Shown here: positions 1 through 8,222 of the stretch, piece by piece
How positions within the stretch are numbered: position 1 is the stretch's first letter
How the letters are laid out: every line of letters starts with the position of its first letter
DNA from: a virus
IMG/VR virus record: IMGVR_UViG_3300016472_000923
DNA length: 64,000 bases
Direction: 5' to 3' (one strand)
The notes under the pieces: model-generated
Database searches by the model: none
The model's input: the letters and a program-made list of their open reading frames with translations, nothing else
What the model was told of the DNA's origin: nothing
Translations under genes and position numbers: made by a program

Positions 1-159
1 GAGGCCTTCTCAGGGCTTGATGTGGGTTTTGGACAGGACCCCAGCGGTCTGCTCCTGCCCAGGATGGTGCCACACCTCGAGGACTCATGTGGGCATCTGC
101 CATGGACCCGCTTCCCGGGTCAGGTCCCGCCCAAGGCCTCAATCGTGCCCCTTCACTGC
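1..159 (-). ncRNA. Candidate structured non-coding RNA, probably truncated at the window edge
   Basis: Lies downstream of a TTGACA-17-TAAAAT promoter. Nested inverted repeats: 1-8/133-140, 13-16/129-132, 31-38/53-60, 105-110/116-121. No convincing ORF with an RBS. Confidence 0.5.
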
Positions 160-165
160 TCTAGT

Positions 166-194
166 ATTTTAGCAGGAACTCACTGGATTGTCAA
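166..194 (-). promoter_or_regulatory. Sigma70-type promoter TTGACA-N17-TAAAAT
   Basis: Read directly on the minus strand: -35 at 189-194, -10 at 166-171. Confidence 0.7.
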
Positions 195-400
195 ACTTTA
201 TCGCGACTTTCGAACAGGCTCCATTCGCGTTCGTCGGTCACGATCCTGTTGTAGAGAGAGTCGTATTTCCGTTCTAGAAGCCGGATGCGAAGCCAAAGGA
301 AAACCACGGCCGTGACAAGCACCGTGGTCGTGAGTCCCCAACCTGCTATGAGACTAAAGAACCAATTCCAAACACTGGCGAACTCAGACAGTATATCCAC
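191..400 (-). CDS. Small membrane protein (single TM helix)
   Basis: 69-aa ORF with hydrophobic stretch LIAGWGLTTTVLVTAVVFLWL; co-oriented with neighbours. Confidence 0.6.
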   Translation of the reverse strand: MDILSEFASVWNWFFSLIAGWGLTTTVLVTAVVFLWLRIRLLERKYDSLYNRIVTDEREWSLFESRDKV

Positions 401-465
401 TGCGGCCTTTCCACCATTTCATGATGCGCCATTTCACATAGGCCAACCATTCACTACGAGGAATC

Positions 466-636
466 TTAGTCATTTTCCACGCCTTTCTTTTCGATGATAC
501 TGCCTACAACACCACAGGCCAGGCCTACCGCCAGGAGCACCCAATCGCCCATGACCAGACTCACTACCGCGCACACAAAGGCCGTGAGGAACAACACAAA
601 CGGAACATCTCCTACTACATCATTCAACCAGCTCAT
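466..636 (-). CDS. Small membrane protein, 56 aa (not in ORF track)
   Basis: Manual translation MSWLNDVVGDVPFVLFLTAFVCAVVSLVMGDWVLLAVGLACGVVGSIIEKKGVEND. Its ATG overlaps the ligase stop (ATGA). Confidence 0.6.
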   Translation of the reverse strand: MSWLNDVVGDVPFVLFLTAFVCAVVSLVMGDWVLLAVGLACGVVGSIIEKKGVEND

Positions 637-2012
637 AGTTTTTCATCTTTCTCAAATCCACGGAAACGAACAAAGCGCGGGAATCTCAGACTGTACGATC
701 CGTCTTGATTTTGCGTGACTGCGTCAGCTTCGACTTCGACCACTCGATCAAGTAAGTGATCCCGACCACGCCAATACTCATCACGATCGCTATCGCTAAG
801 GCCGCTACCAACATTAACACGAATAGATCTTCCATTGTCCACTCCTTCGCAGATCAAGGCACCCAATCTACCCAGATTGCGTCCGGTGCCTTCTTCGACG
901 CCAACTATATTTAAGTCCACTGTGATAGTGGGCTTCCATTTCATCCAGAAACTCGACCGCTTGCATTCATAGGGAGCATCCAGATCCTTGATCATGATGC
1001 CTTCATAGCCTTGCTCCACTGACGCTTGAGCGAACCTTCGCAAGATGTCATGTCCCTCGGCTGTGTCGAGATCCACCTCCATACCTGGCATGATCTGCAC
1101 AGGATCGTCTTTGGTCAACCGTTCGCAAGCCTTGTCCAATAGAGCCAGTCGTTTGTGTTGCTGGGCGTTCCAATAACCACGCTCAAAATCTTCCAATGGA
1201 ATCATGTCAAACACATGATACACCATGCCTGTGGTCTCGGCATCACTCTTGCGATGTGCCTGCCGCATGAGCTTTTGGAAACTCTCGCCCACGATCTCGC
1301 CATCCAACACATAACGGCCACCGGTCCTGGCGCCATGAGCAAACAGATGCCGATTGTCTTCCAGGAACTCTTGTATCTGGGGAAAGTTCTCAAACACCTT
1401 GCCATTACGACTGTAGAGAGTACAACTGTTGCCGTTGAACACAGCCAGCACACGCACACCATCCAGTTTGACTTCCAAACGCTTACGGCCCTTCATCTTG
1501 GCTGGGTGGTCACCTGAATCCTGTGCAAGTTGGCAAGTGAACACTGGAATGGCCCATTGGCTGTTGCCACAGATCTTGTTGATGGTTTTTTCACTTACTC
1601 CACAACGGAGATCTTTGATTAGCACTCGGCGAGCCAATCCGTTCCACTGCTCTGAATCAAATCGATTCATCATGTCTTCTATGGCCTGACGGGCATTGCC
1701 GCCTGTGACTGATCGAGTGCGCAGGCTTTCGCAAAGTCCCCAGAACGCAGGCCAGGGGTTGGATTTATCAACAAGATCCTGGCTCTCAGGAACCTTCTTG
1801 ACACCGTAGACGAAGTAGGGATTCAATGCCAGATAGGCATTGTACAGAAAACACTGGGCCGAGGATGAGCCCAAATTGGCCGCCATGAGAGATTTCTCAA
1901 TGACTTTTTCTTTATGGATACGAGAGTCAGAACTCTCAAGATCTCTGATCCAGTCTGCTGCCACTATGCCTTCGAATGCCTCTGTATTATGCCTGTCAAA
2001 TGCCTGTGTCAT
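633..2012 (-). CDS. lig: ATP-dependent DNA ligase (T4 gp30-like)
   Basis: Motif I EVKLDGVR, motif III LDGEI, motif IV EGIMIKD, motif V WMKWK, motif VI SLRFPRF. Confidence 0.95.
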   Translation of the reverse strand: MTQAFDRHNTEAFEGIVAADWIRDLESSDSRIHKEKVIEKSLMAANLGSSSAQCFLYNAYLALNPYFVYGVKKVPESQDLVDKSNPWPAFWGLCESLRTRSVTGGNARQAIEDMMNRFDSEQWNGLARRVLIKDLRCGVSEKTINKICGNSQWAIPVFTCQLAQDSGDHPAKMKGRKRLEVKLDGVRVLAVFNGNSCTLYSRNGKVFENFPQIQEFLEDNRHLFAHGARTGGRYVLDGEIVGESFQKLMRQAHRKSDAETTGMVYHVFDMIPLEDFERGYWNAQQHKRLALLDKACERLTKDDPVQIMPGMEVDLDTAEGHDILRRFAQASVEQGYEGIMIKDLDAPYECKRSSFWMKWKPTITVDLNIVGVEEGTGRNLGRLGALICEGVDNGRSIRVNVGSGLSDSDRDEYWRGRDHLLDRVVEVEADAVTQNQDGSYSLRFPRFVRFRGFEKDEKL

Positions 2013-2034
2013 GTATTTACTCTCGATTGGCGAT

Positions 2035-2112
2035 CTATAATAGGTGGATACTTACACAACCTGTGAGTACCGTGACAACATACAGTCCTGCCGCGAAGAG
2101 CCACCATTTCAT
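2035..2112 (-). CDS. Possible tiny lipoprotein, 25 aa
   Basis: MKWWLFAAGLYVVTVLTGCVSIHLL has a signal-like stretch plus an LTGC lipobox; starts right after the upstream stop. Confidence 0.35.
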   Translation of the reverse strand: MKWWLFAAGLYVVTVLTGCVSIHLL

Positions 2113-2113
2113 C

Positions 2114-2548
2114 TTAGGATCCTGTGACCAAGTGTAGTTCGTTACCGTTCCGCAACTCAAACGCTTCGATGAAGATGTGATGATCATCGCCCGAATTACG
2201 GATGGCCCAGTCAGCGGCACGATAGATGTCGCCCCAGGTGTTGCCGAACACAGGAACATGACCACCTTGGTAGACCACGAACGCATCTGACAAGTAGGGG
2301 TGGTTCCGGAGGAAGCCATGCTCTTCGAGTTCGTACATCGACCAGATGGCTTCGAGCCGGTGTTCGTCCTTGAATCGATTGTAGTAGGCCATCTTGCGAT
2401 CGAAGTCTTGCTCTTCCTGGCGATAAGCACCGGCCAGGGCCTCGCGGATAGCATCCACCGTGGCTTCAAGTCCCTTGTTGGGGGCGAAGCAAAGAGCGTT
2501 ATGGATTCGGGTAAACTCTTCTGCGGTAAGGGTGACTGAAGTATTCAT
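2114..2548 (-). CDS. Early hypothetical protein
   Basis: 144-aa ORF with SD TAGGAG and its own sigma70 promoter; C-terminal DDHHIFIEAF motif. Confidence 0.75.
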   Translation of the reverse strand: MNTSVTLTAEEFTRIHNALCFAPNKGLEATVDAIREALAGAYRQEEQDFDRKMAYYNRFKDEHRLEAIWSMYELEEHGFLRNHPYLSDAFVVYQGGHVPVFGNTWGDIYRAADWAIRNSGDDHHIFIEAFELRNGNELHLVTGS

Positions 2549-2579
2549 ATCTGGCTCCTAATTTCTAACTGTATGTAAT

Positions 2580-2609
2580 ATTATAGCCGAATTCGCCTTT
2601 ATTGGTCAA
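2580..2609 (-). promoter_or_regulatory. Early promoter GGTTGACC-N18-TATAAT
   Basis: One of six copies of the GGTTGACCAA family. Confidence 0.8.
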
Positions 2610-2757
2610 CCGGCTGTTCCAGAGCTTGTAGCCGCAAGTATTCCTGGTTCAGTTCGGCGATACGCTGTTCGTTGCGGGCATTGGCCGCCAGATCCAGTTC
2701 GCCACGAACCTCGCAGAGCAAGATCAGCTCTTCGATCACTTCATTCAGGGTCTTCAT
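2599..2757 (-). CDS. Small early protein, 52 aa (not in ORF track)
   Basis: Manual translation MKTLNEVIEELILLCEVRGELDLAANARNEQRIAELNQEYLRLQALEQPVDQ; ATGA overlap with the upstream ORF. Confidence 0.6.
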   Translation of the reverse strand: MKTLNEVIEELILLCEVRGELDLAANARNEQRIAELNQEYLRLQALEQPVDQ

Positions 2758-2918
2758 ACAGTGGTCCTTTCATAGTATTCAGTCAGGATATGTGCCAGGA
2801 TGCCAGTGGCATCATCGCGGCCATAGCGTTCTTGTAACAGTTCCAACACTTCCACATCAGCGTCGGTGAGCGTGATAGTCACCACCACATCAGGATTGGG
2901 ATGATGGATATCAGTCAC
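2754..2918 (-). CDS. Small early protein, 54 aa (not in ORF track)
   Basis: GTG start overlapping the end of the upstream gene; MTDIHHPNPDVVVTITLTDADVEVLELLQERYGRDDATGILAHILTEYYERTTV. Confidence 0.5.
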   Translation of the reverse strand: MTDIHHPNPDVVVTITLTDADVEVLELLQERYGRDDATGILAHILTEYYERTTV

Positions 2919-3309
2919 GGATGTTTCCTCCTTGTTCGATCAGTTGCATGGCTTCGTCGATACACATCTTGGCACGGACGATGTCGTCATACTCCATAAG
3001 GTGCTGGGCGTCGCTGAGGATGCTATAAGCCTGGCCCTCTGGTTCGAAAAAGAAGCCACGCTCGTCGCCCATGTAAAATCGCTGGATGGTGATCTTCACA
3101 CGATTCAGTGTCTGGCGAGCATCTTCCAGTTCGCCCCAGTTGGCTTCACGCCAGGCAGCACCCAGCATCTCGGTTACGATCTCTTTGGGTTGACGGGTGG
3201 CAAGATAACTGGCCACTGCCACTTCTACCTGTTCGCGGGTGGCACCAAACATGCGGACTTCACGCTTTTGGCTATCTGTGAGTGCATCATAAACGGCTGT
3301 GGACATCAC
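2911..3309 (-). CDS. Early hypothetical protein with an internal helical duplication
   Basis: 132-aa ORF with SD AAGGAG and its own promoter. Two similar halves: EMLGAAWREA..ARQTLNRVK and SILSDAQHLM..AKMCIDEAM. Confidence 0.7.
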   Translation of the reverse strand: MMSTAVYDALTDSQKREVRMFGATREQVEVAVASYLATRQPKEIVTEMLGAAWREANWGELEDARQTLNRVKITIQRFYMGDERGFFFEPEGQAYSILSDAQHLMEYDDIVRAKMCIDEAMQLIEQGGNIRD

Positions 3310-3337
3310 TTGCTCCTTTTGTTTACTGTATGCATAT

Positions 3338-3367
3338 ATTATACGAAAATGGTGATTTTTTGGTCAA
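3338..3367 (-). promoter_or_regulatory. Early promoter GGTTGACC-N18-TATAAT
   Basis: Motif read directly; followed by leader ACAGTAAAC..AGGAGC. Confidence 0.8.
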
Positions 3368-3387
3368 CCATCCCAAAAACTGGATGG

Positions 3388-3591
3388 TCAGTGGCCACTT
3401 ACCAAACTGAAGATGCTTTGTTGTAAATCTGCCACATCATCGCGCCCCACATAGAAATCTGTGCGTGGGTCCCAGTATTCGCCCTGCTGAGGATCGTAGT
3501 AGAGCACACGACCGTTGGGATAGTGGAATGGACCTTCCAGTCCCGGCCGTGGGCCATACTCTTGATCGTGTTTGAAAACTGTATAGGCCAT
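3388..3591 (-). CDS. Conserved-looking phage hypothetical protein
   Basis: 67 aa; GLEGPF..GRVLYYDP..GEYWDP.TDFY motif. Confidence 0.75.
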   Translation of the reverse strand: MAYTVFKHDQEYGPRPGLEGPFHYPNGRVLYYDPQQGEYWDPRTDFYVGRDDVADLQQSIFSLVSGH

Positions 3592-3593
3592 GG

Positions 3594-3767
3594 TTATTTC
3601 GCTGGCTTCGGGCCCACACCGCAGGCGTAGAAGAAGCGATCGCAGTCAAAGCGCGAGTTGGCTTCTCGGCAGGCTGACGCCACAGCGATGGCCGCTTGCA
3701 AGCGGGCATGGGGGTCCAGGATCGAGTCGATGTATTTGGCGAGCAGTTCAAAGTGTTTCTTAGACAT
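3594..3767 (-). CDS. Small early protein, 57 aa (not in ORF track)
   Basis: MSKKHFELLAKYIDSILDPHARLQAAIAVASACREANSRFDCDRFFYACGVGPKPAK; SD GGAG and its own promoter. Confidence 0.75.
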   Translation of the reverse strand: MSKKHFELLAKYIDSILDPHARLQAAIAVASACREANSRFDCDRFFYACGVGPKPAK

Positions 3768-3796
3768 GCTGTGGCTCCGTTTGTTTATGATGTCTT

Positions 3797-3826
3797 ATTG
3801 TAGCCGAAATGGCCTTTATTGGTCAA
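3797..3826 (-). promoter_or_regulatory. Early promoter GGTTGACC-N18-TACAAT
   Basis: Motif read directly. Confidence 0.75.
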
Positions 3827-3827
3827 C

Positions 3828-4157
3828 CTATTGGCTCCAGAAGGTTTCGCTGGAGGGCGAGCAATAGTAAGGGGTGTTCGCGGGTTCGGTAAACTCTGCA
3901 CCGGTGATCAGGTTGTGTTTGACCACCTGCTTTTCGATGAAATCGTGGAACCAGGCTTTGTCGGCGATGCCATACTCGAACATGGGACCATCGTTGCTGA
4001 CGCGGATGTTGTTTTCTTGCAACCACTTTTTTTGCAAGCGAGTTAGAGCTGCCCGGGCCGCAGCCATGGTCTTGTAACTCTCCACCCGCTTCCAAGGACG
4101 GTGGCGGGTGTAGGTGTAGATCCGGGTGGTTTCTTTGTGGTAGATAACGAAACTCAT
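3828..4157 (-). CDS. Early hypothetical protein
   Basis: 109 aa; SD GGAG and its own promoter; C-terminal NTPYYCSPSSETFWS motif. Confidence 0.75.
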   Translation of the reverse strand: MSFVIYHKETTRIYTYTRHRPWKRVESYKTMAAARAALTRLQKKWLQENNIRVSNDGPMFEYGIADKAWFHDFIEKQVVKHNLITGAEFTEPANTPYYCSPSSETFWSQ

Positions 4158-4187
4158 TTTGGCTCCAATCGTTTACTGTATGCTTAT

Positions 4188-4217
4188 ATTATAGCCAAAA
4201 TGGTATTTTTTGGTCAA
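4188..4217 (-). promoter_or_regulatory. Early promoter GGTTGACC-N18-TATAAT
   Basis: Motif read directly; followed by leader ACAGTAAACG..GGAGCC. Confidence 0.8.
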
Positions 4218-4223
4218 CCAAAG

Positions 4224-4250
4224 AAAAACCCTGCACAAGGCAGGGTTTTT
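4224..4250 (-). terminator. Rho-independent terminator after the porin gene
   Basis: AAAAACCCTGC-ACAAG-GCAGGGTTTTT inverted repeat with A/T tails. Confidence 0.85.
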
Positions 4251-4268
4251 GCTGGGTCTAAACTGGGT

Positions 4269-5237
4269 TTAGAACTTGTGTTGCATACCAACGATAGTGA
4301 GCTTGGTATCGTTAGTGGTACCATTGTCAAGATCCAGATCGCTGTAGGCCACATAGACTGAAGTGCGCTTGCTGAATGCTTTCTCCAGCATGACGCCGTA
4401 GTGTGTGCCATCCAGTGTGTTGGTGTCGCTGTCGTTCTTGCCGTAACCAGCACGAACATTCAGGCCAGCAGTCATGGGATAGGTCAGGCCCACTTGATAG
4501 GCTTTGGCCTTGACAGGAGAGGAAGCTCCGTCATCGTGCGTGGCATACAGGAAGCCCACTTCGCCTTTGCCCACATTGACTTTGGTACCAATGGTGTTGC
4601 CCGAAGCATCGCCTTTGGTGGCATGTGTGGCGATCACTTGAACGCCTTTGACAATCTCGCCTTCGATACCAACAGCTGAAGCGGCTGTGCCTTGGCCGTC
4701 ACCAGCTGCACTGCCTGTGGTGTCGTTGCTGTAACTACCGCTGATGCGGAATCCACCCAGGTTGGTCTCAACCTGTGTGTTTTGGGGATAGCGACTGCCT
4801 AGGCCCAGCGTGGTAGAAAAGCCAGTGATGCCGCTCAGGTCTGTGAGGCCTGTTCCAGCTGCCGAATAACCATAGCTGTCTTTGGCGATGTCTTGCAAAC
4901 GGCCCACACGGATACCGGTGTTGTTCTGCATGATTTCAACAAAAGACAGGCGGTCGAATGTAAGACCACCACCGGTTCCATCACCGGTACCGTTGCCCAC
5001 GTTGAGGTCACCTTGCAAGTGGAAACCAGCTTTGAGGCCGCCACCTAGATCTTCGGTACCACGGAAACCCAGCACCGAGCTGCTGAGATAGTCGCCGTTG
5101 CCTTGCACAGTGGTTTTGACACCGTTGACTTCTTTTTGCACGACGGAAGGTGCGATGGTACCATACACTGTGACTTGCTGTGCGGACACAACAGCGGACA
5201 TAGCGGACAATGCCGCAGCAATTACTAATTTTTTCAT
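4269..5237 (-). CDS. Gram-negative trimeric-type porin (betaproteobacterial style)
   Basis: Signal peptide MKKLVIAAALSAMSAVVSA; VTVYG, SSVLGFRGTEDLGGGLKAGF and FSKRTSVY motifs; terminal Phe. Start placed at 5237 (track start 5270). Confidence 0.9.
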   Translation of the reverse strand: MKKLVIAAALSAMSAVVSAQQVTVYGTIAPSVVQKEVNGVKTTVQGNGDYLSSSVLGFRGTEDLGGGLKAGFHLQGDLNVGNGTGDGTGGGLTFDRLSFVEIMQNNTGIRVGRLQDIAKDSYGYSAAGTGLTDLSGITGFSTTLGLGSRYPQNTQVETNLGGFRISGSYSNDTTGSAAGDGQGTAASAVGIEGEIVKGVQVIATHATKGDASGNTIGTKVNVGKGEVGFLYATHDDGASSPVKAKAYQVGLTYPMTAGLNVRAGYGKNDSDTNTLDGTHYGVMLEKAFSKRTSVYVAYSDLDLDNGTTNDTKLTIVGMQHKF

Positions 5238-5315
5238 TGATTTTCCTTTTCTAGATTGGGGATAAGGCATGAACGCCTCGACTATATTTATCGTGCGATG
5301 TCAGAATAAAAACAT

Positions 5316-6365
5316 TTATACGATGATGTTGGCTTGTGCCTGTGCAGCGGTGTATTGCCCAAAATCTAAGTTGTTGGCCACTGTGGTATTGGCATTGACA
5401 TCGATCAACTGGGTATCCAACTGTATGCCTGCGGCATTAAGTACCGCTATATTCCTGCCTTCTCGCATGCTTGCTATCACGGCCTGGCCACTCAACACAT
5501 TGGCGTTGGCCACGGCTTGGAAAAATTGGGCAGAACCACCTTCGGTGATGTCTGTTCCAATGTCGTGTAATCTGCTGGTCAGACCTAGCACAGTGGACAC
5601 AGAATTTGGTACTAGATTGGCATTACCGATGTCGTTGACTACATTACCAATGTCTATGCCGGCCAGGATGCAGTTGTTCTGATTGTAGAGCAATTGAGTA
5701 GCCATGCTGTCGTAGGCGTCATTGCTGATTGCGGTCTGTGCTTGGTTGTTGGCAGCGATATTAGTAATCCAGATGTTGGCATTTGGTATCAAGGTGTTGG
5801 CAAAAGTCAAATCAATGGCCTCACCGGGAGTATTTGCGGTTTCGGCTACAGGGGTTCCCGGTATGTAGATATTAGTTGGGATAGTCACTGTATTGCCGCT
5901 GGTATAAGATCCTGCTAGACAGTAAGACATCACAGTATAAATGCCGTTGGTGCTACTGGATGGATTGCCTGTATTGGCCATGAGAGAATCCAACGCCCCC
6001 GAGGACGAAAGTTCATCAATGGCTGTGACCACTTCGGGCAGAACTGTGGTCACAGTATTACCGGCAGCGATACCGATCATGTCGTTGACCGTGACGGTAT
6101 TCCCAGGACCTGTGCCCGTGGCCAAAGTGTTACCAATGAAATTTTGCACCTCGGGAGGAATTGGTGTGGTAAGATCATTGATGAGATTGAGATCTTTGTT
6201 GCTCTCTAGAGATTCTATAGCAACCGACAGCGTGGGCAGATCGGTCTTGAAAATATCTTTGACCTGGCGAAGGCTACGGCTCAGTGCTTCGTTGGCCAAA
6301 GCTTGATCGGGCGGGATGATTTTCTTTAAGGTATCGTATTCCATGATTGATATTTCGTCAAACAA
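5316..6365 (-). CDS. Putative virion/tail-associated protein
   Basis: N/T/A-rich 349-aa ORF with GQAVIASMREGRN motif; in an operon with PAAR. Confidence 0.55.
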   Translation of the reverse strand: MFDEISIMEYDTLKKIIPPDQALANEALSRSLRQVKDIFKTDLPTLSVAIESLESNKDLNLINDLTTPIPPEVQNFIGNTLATGTGPGNTVTVNDMIGIAAGNTVTTVLPEVVTAIDELSSSGALDSLMANTGNPSSSTNGIYTVMSYCLAGSYTSGNTVTIPTNIYIPGTPVAETANTPGEAIDLTFANTLIPNANIWITNIAANNQAQTAISNDAYDSMATQLLYNQNNCILAGIDIGNVVNDIGNANLVPNSVSTVLGLTSRLHDIGTDITEGGSAQFFQAVANANVLSGQAVIASMREGRNIAVLNAAGIQLDTQLIDVNANTTVANNLDFGQYTAAQAQANIIV

Positions 6366-7437
6366 AATCTGTCACAGGCGGCAATCCCAACCTTGCACGG
6401 ACCACGGGATCGTCACCGGTATAAGGTGGTGCATTGGGATCTTGGAACACCTTTTCAAGATTGGAGTTGACTGCACCTGACGCGGTGTAGATCCCTCTCA
6501 GACCATTGGGTGTTGGAGTAGTAAGAGTCTGATAACTGTTGGGCAGTATCTTGGCAGGATTGAGCAGATCGGCCATGTTACCTATGTTAGGCGTGGTCAC
6601 CCCCAACAGGCTTTTCACTTGAGTTAGCTCGCTACCGGTGATCTTGGTCATGCCTTCAAACAAAGCCTTGTTGGCTGTGCCTGAGAGATTTGGAAGTGCA
6701 CCGGATGCAAGGCTGGCTATCTGGCTGGTATCCAGTCCTGCGGTACGCAGAGCAGATTCTACCCCTGGGACCATGCCACCTACTTTGGCCAATTGTCCTA
6801 CCAAGGCTGATGGATCTCCGAGATTACCGAGATTGCCCATGTCTATCAAGTTACCAAGATTGCCGAGATCCGACCCAAAACTACCAAATGCCTGTGTGAC
6901 TTGATTGAAACTACCTGTGATCAAATTATCCATGCCCCCGGTCAATGGACCAAAAGTCGAAGACAAGCTGCCGATGTTTAGGCTGCTGTTGACCAACTGA
7001 TTGGCTTGTCCCAAGAAACCATCTGCTGAATTGAATATCTGTCCAAATTTTGTCAGGTCGCCAGCACCCATGATGTTGGTAGCAGTGGTATTGATCAACC
7101 CGGTGAATCCTCCGTTAAACACGCCCGTGGCTCCCCCGGTCAAGGTAGAAAGGCTGCTGGTGAAGTTACTGGGTATGGCATTGGTCAGTGCAGGAAAAGT
7201 TCCTGCTCCCAGTGTGCGGAGGCTATCCAGTGTACCACTGCCTAGAACTCCAGTGGCATTGGTGACTATACTGGAAAACTCTCCGGTGATGGGCAGGCTA
7301 GAAAAACTGCCCAGCGCACTGGTCAACCCAGCTGCTGGTCCCAAGGCAGCACCAAGGCCAGAGATGGCACTGGCACCGGGCAACATCCCGGCACCTGCCA
7401 CACTCATGACTGCACTTAATGGGCCACCGCAGGACAT
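6358..7437 (-). CDS. Gly/Ser/Leu-rich virion/tail-associated protein
   Basis: Low-complexity small-residue composition; directly downstream of PAAR. Confidence 0.55.
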   Translation of the reverse strand: MSCGGPLSAVMSVAGAGMLPGASAISGLGAALGPAAGLTSALGSFSSLPITGEFSSIVTNATGVLGSGTLDSLRTLGAGTFPALTNAIPSNFTSSLSTLTGGATGVFNGGFTGLINTTATNIMGAGDLTKFGQIFNSADGFLGQANQLVNSSLNIGSLSSTFGPLTGGMDNLITGSFNQVTQAFGSFGSDLGNLGNLIDMGNLGNLGDPSALVGQLAKVGGMVPGVESALRTAGLDTSQIASLASGALPNLSGTANKALFEGMTKITGSELTQVKSLLGVTTPNIGNMADLLNPAKILPNSYQTLTTPTPNGLRGIYTASGAVNSNLEKVFQDPNAPPYTGDDPVVRARLGLPPVTDFV

Positions 7438-7440
7438 CTC

Positions 7441-7731
7441 TTAGCCTATGATGACATCAGAGGAACCCGTGGCCACTGCTGTACAAGCGGCCAGTGGATC
7501 TCCCACTCGGGCGGCCGGGCGGCCATTGATAAAAACCGAAGAAGAGCCGCGGCTTATTGGTGCCACGTGGCCGAGACATTTTTTTCCACCGGGGCGCAAA
7601 TGACCAGTGCTGACATCACCTTGTCTAGCTGCACCGCGTCCGTTGATTATCACATCACTGGAAGCTGAAGCTATGGTATAACCACTGCAATGGGGTACTC
7701 CGGCATCACCTTTTCTTGCTGCTGCGGGCAT
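7441..7731 (-). CDS. PAAR-repeat spike-tip protein (T4 gp5.4-like)
   Basis: PAAARKGD, INGRGAARQGD and INGRPAARVGD repeats with Cys/His ligands. Confidence 0.92.
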   Translation of the reverse strand: MPAAARKGDAGVPHCSGYTIASASSDVIINGRGAARQGDVSTGHLRPGGKKCLGHVAPISRGSSSVFINGRPAARVGDPLAACTAVATGSSDVIIG

Positions 7732-7921
7732 TTTCTATCTCCATCAATCTCTCAAACTTGGGCACCCAGGAATCGATCTCATCATGTTGCTCCTGGGTAT
7801 GTGGGCCTGGCGGGATTTCAGGACAGAATTCTATCACATGATCGAAAATCTCAGGTATGTCTTCGTACCTGGTATATTCATGAATCTGGCCCGAGATCAT
7901 GATCACGAACCTGTGAGACAT
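7706..7921 (-). CDS. Conserved small phage protein
   Basis: 71 aa; DIP..FDHVIEF.P.IP.GPHT..QH motif. Confidence 0.7.
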   Translation of the reverse strand: MSHRFVIMISGQIHEYTRYEDIPEIFDHVIEFCPEIPPGPHTQEQHDEIDSWVPKFERLMEIENARSSKKR

Positions 7922-7922
7922 G

Positions 7923-8222
7923 CTAACCAGTTATGATAGATTTGCGCACAGGTGTTATGCCTGTGGTTGCTTGTATCCAACTGTCGCGCACGTCATCACG
8001 AGTTTCTGCGATCATGGCCCAACTGGAATTATTTAGCCTGACAGTTTTTTCCTGATTTGCACTAAACAGCGCAGGCATCATCTGTAACCCTTGCTGGCTG
8101 ATCACGGTCATGATGGGGTGTTCGATGATCATGTGATCCGGGTTGATTTCTGTGATCCTGGCGACAAATTCTTCGCCTGTCAACAGTTTAAAAGTATGTA
8201 TTTGGTTGATTTCTGGTTTCAT
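7923..8222 (-). CDS. Sm-like fold protein of T4-like phages
   Basis: FKLLTGEEFVARI N-terminal motif. Confidence 0.55.
   Translation of the reverse strand: MKPEINQIHTFKLLTGEEFVARITEINPDHMIIEHPIMTVISQQGLQMMPALFSANQEKTVRLNNSSWAMIAETRDDVRDSWIQATTGITPVRKSIITG

Noticed and set aside
1-160. tmRNA or tRNA at the left edge (GGGGC near the transcript start)
   Set aside because: No GGAUUCGAC D-loop signature, T-loop or CCA end is visible. It is kept only as an unclassified structured RNA. No tRNAs were recognised anywhere in the window.
2012-2019. TAAATA immediately before the ligase ATG as a late promoter
   Set aside because: Only 1 nt separates it from the start codon, too close for the transcript to include the AUG, so it was excluded from the leaderless set.
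7441-7731. PAAR protein as evidence of a type VI secretion system or bacterial origin
   Set aside because: No T6SS genes are present and the context is a T4-like myophage, where PAAR/gp5.4 caps the tail spike.
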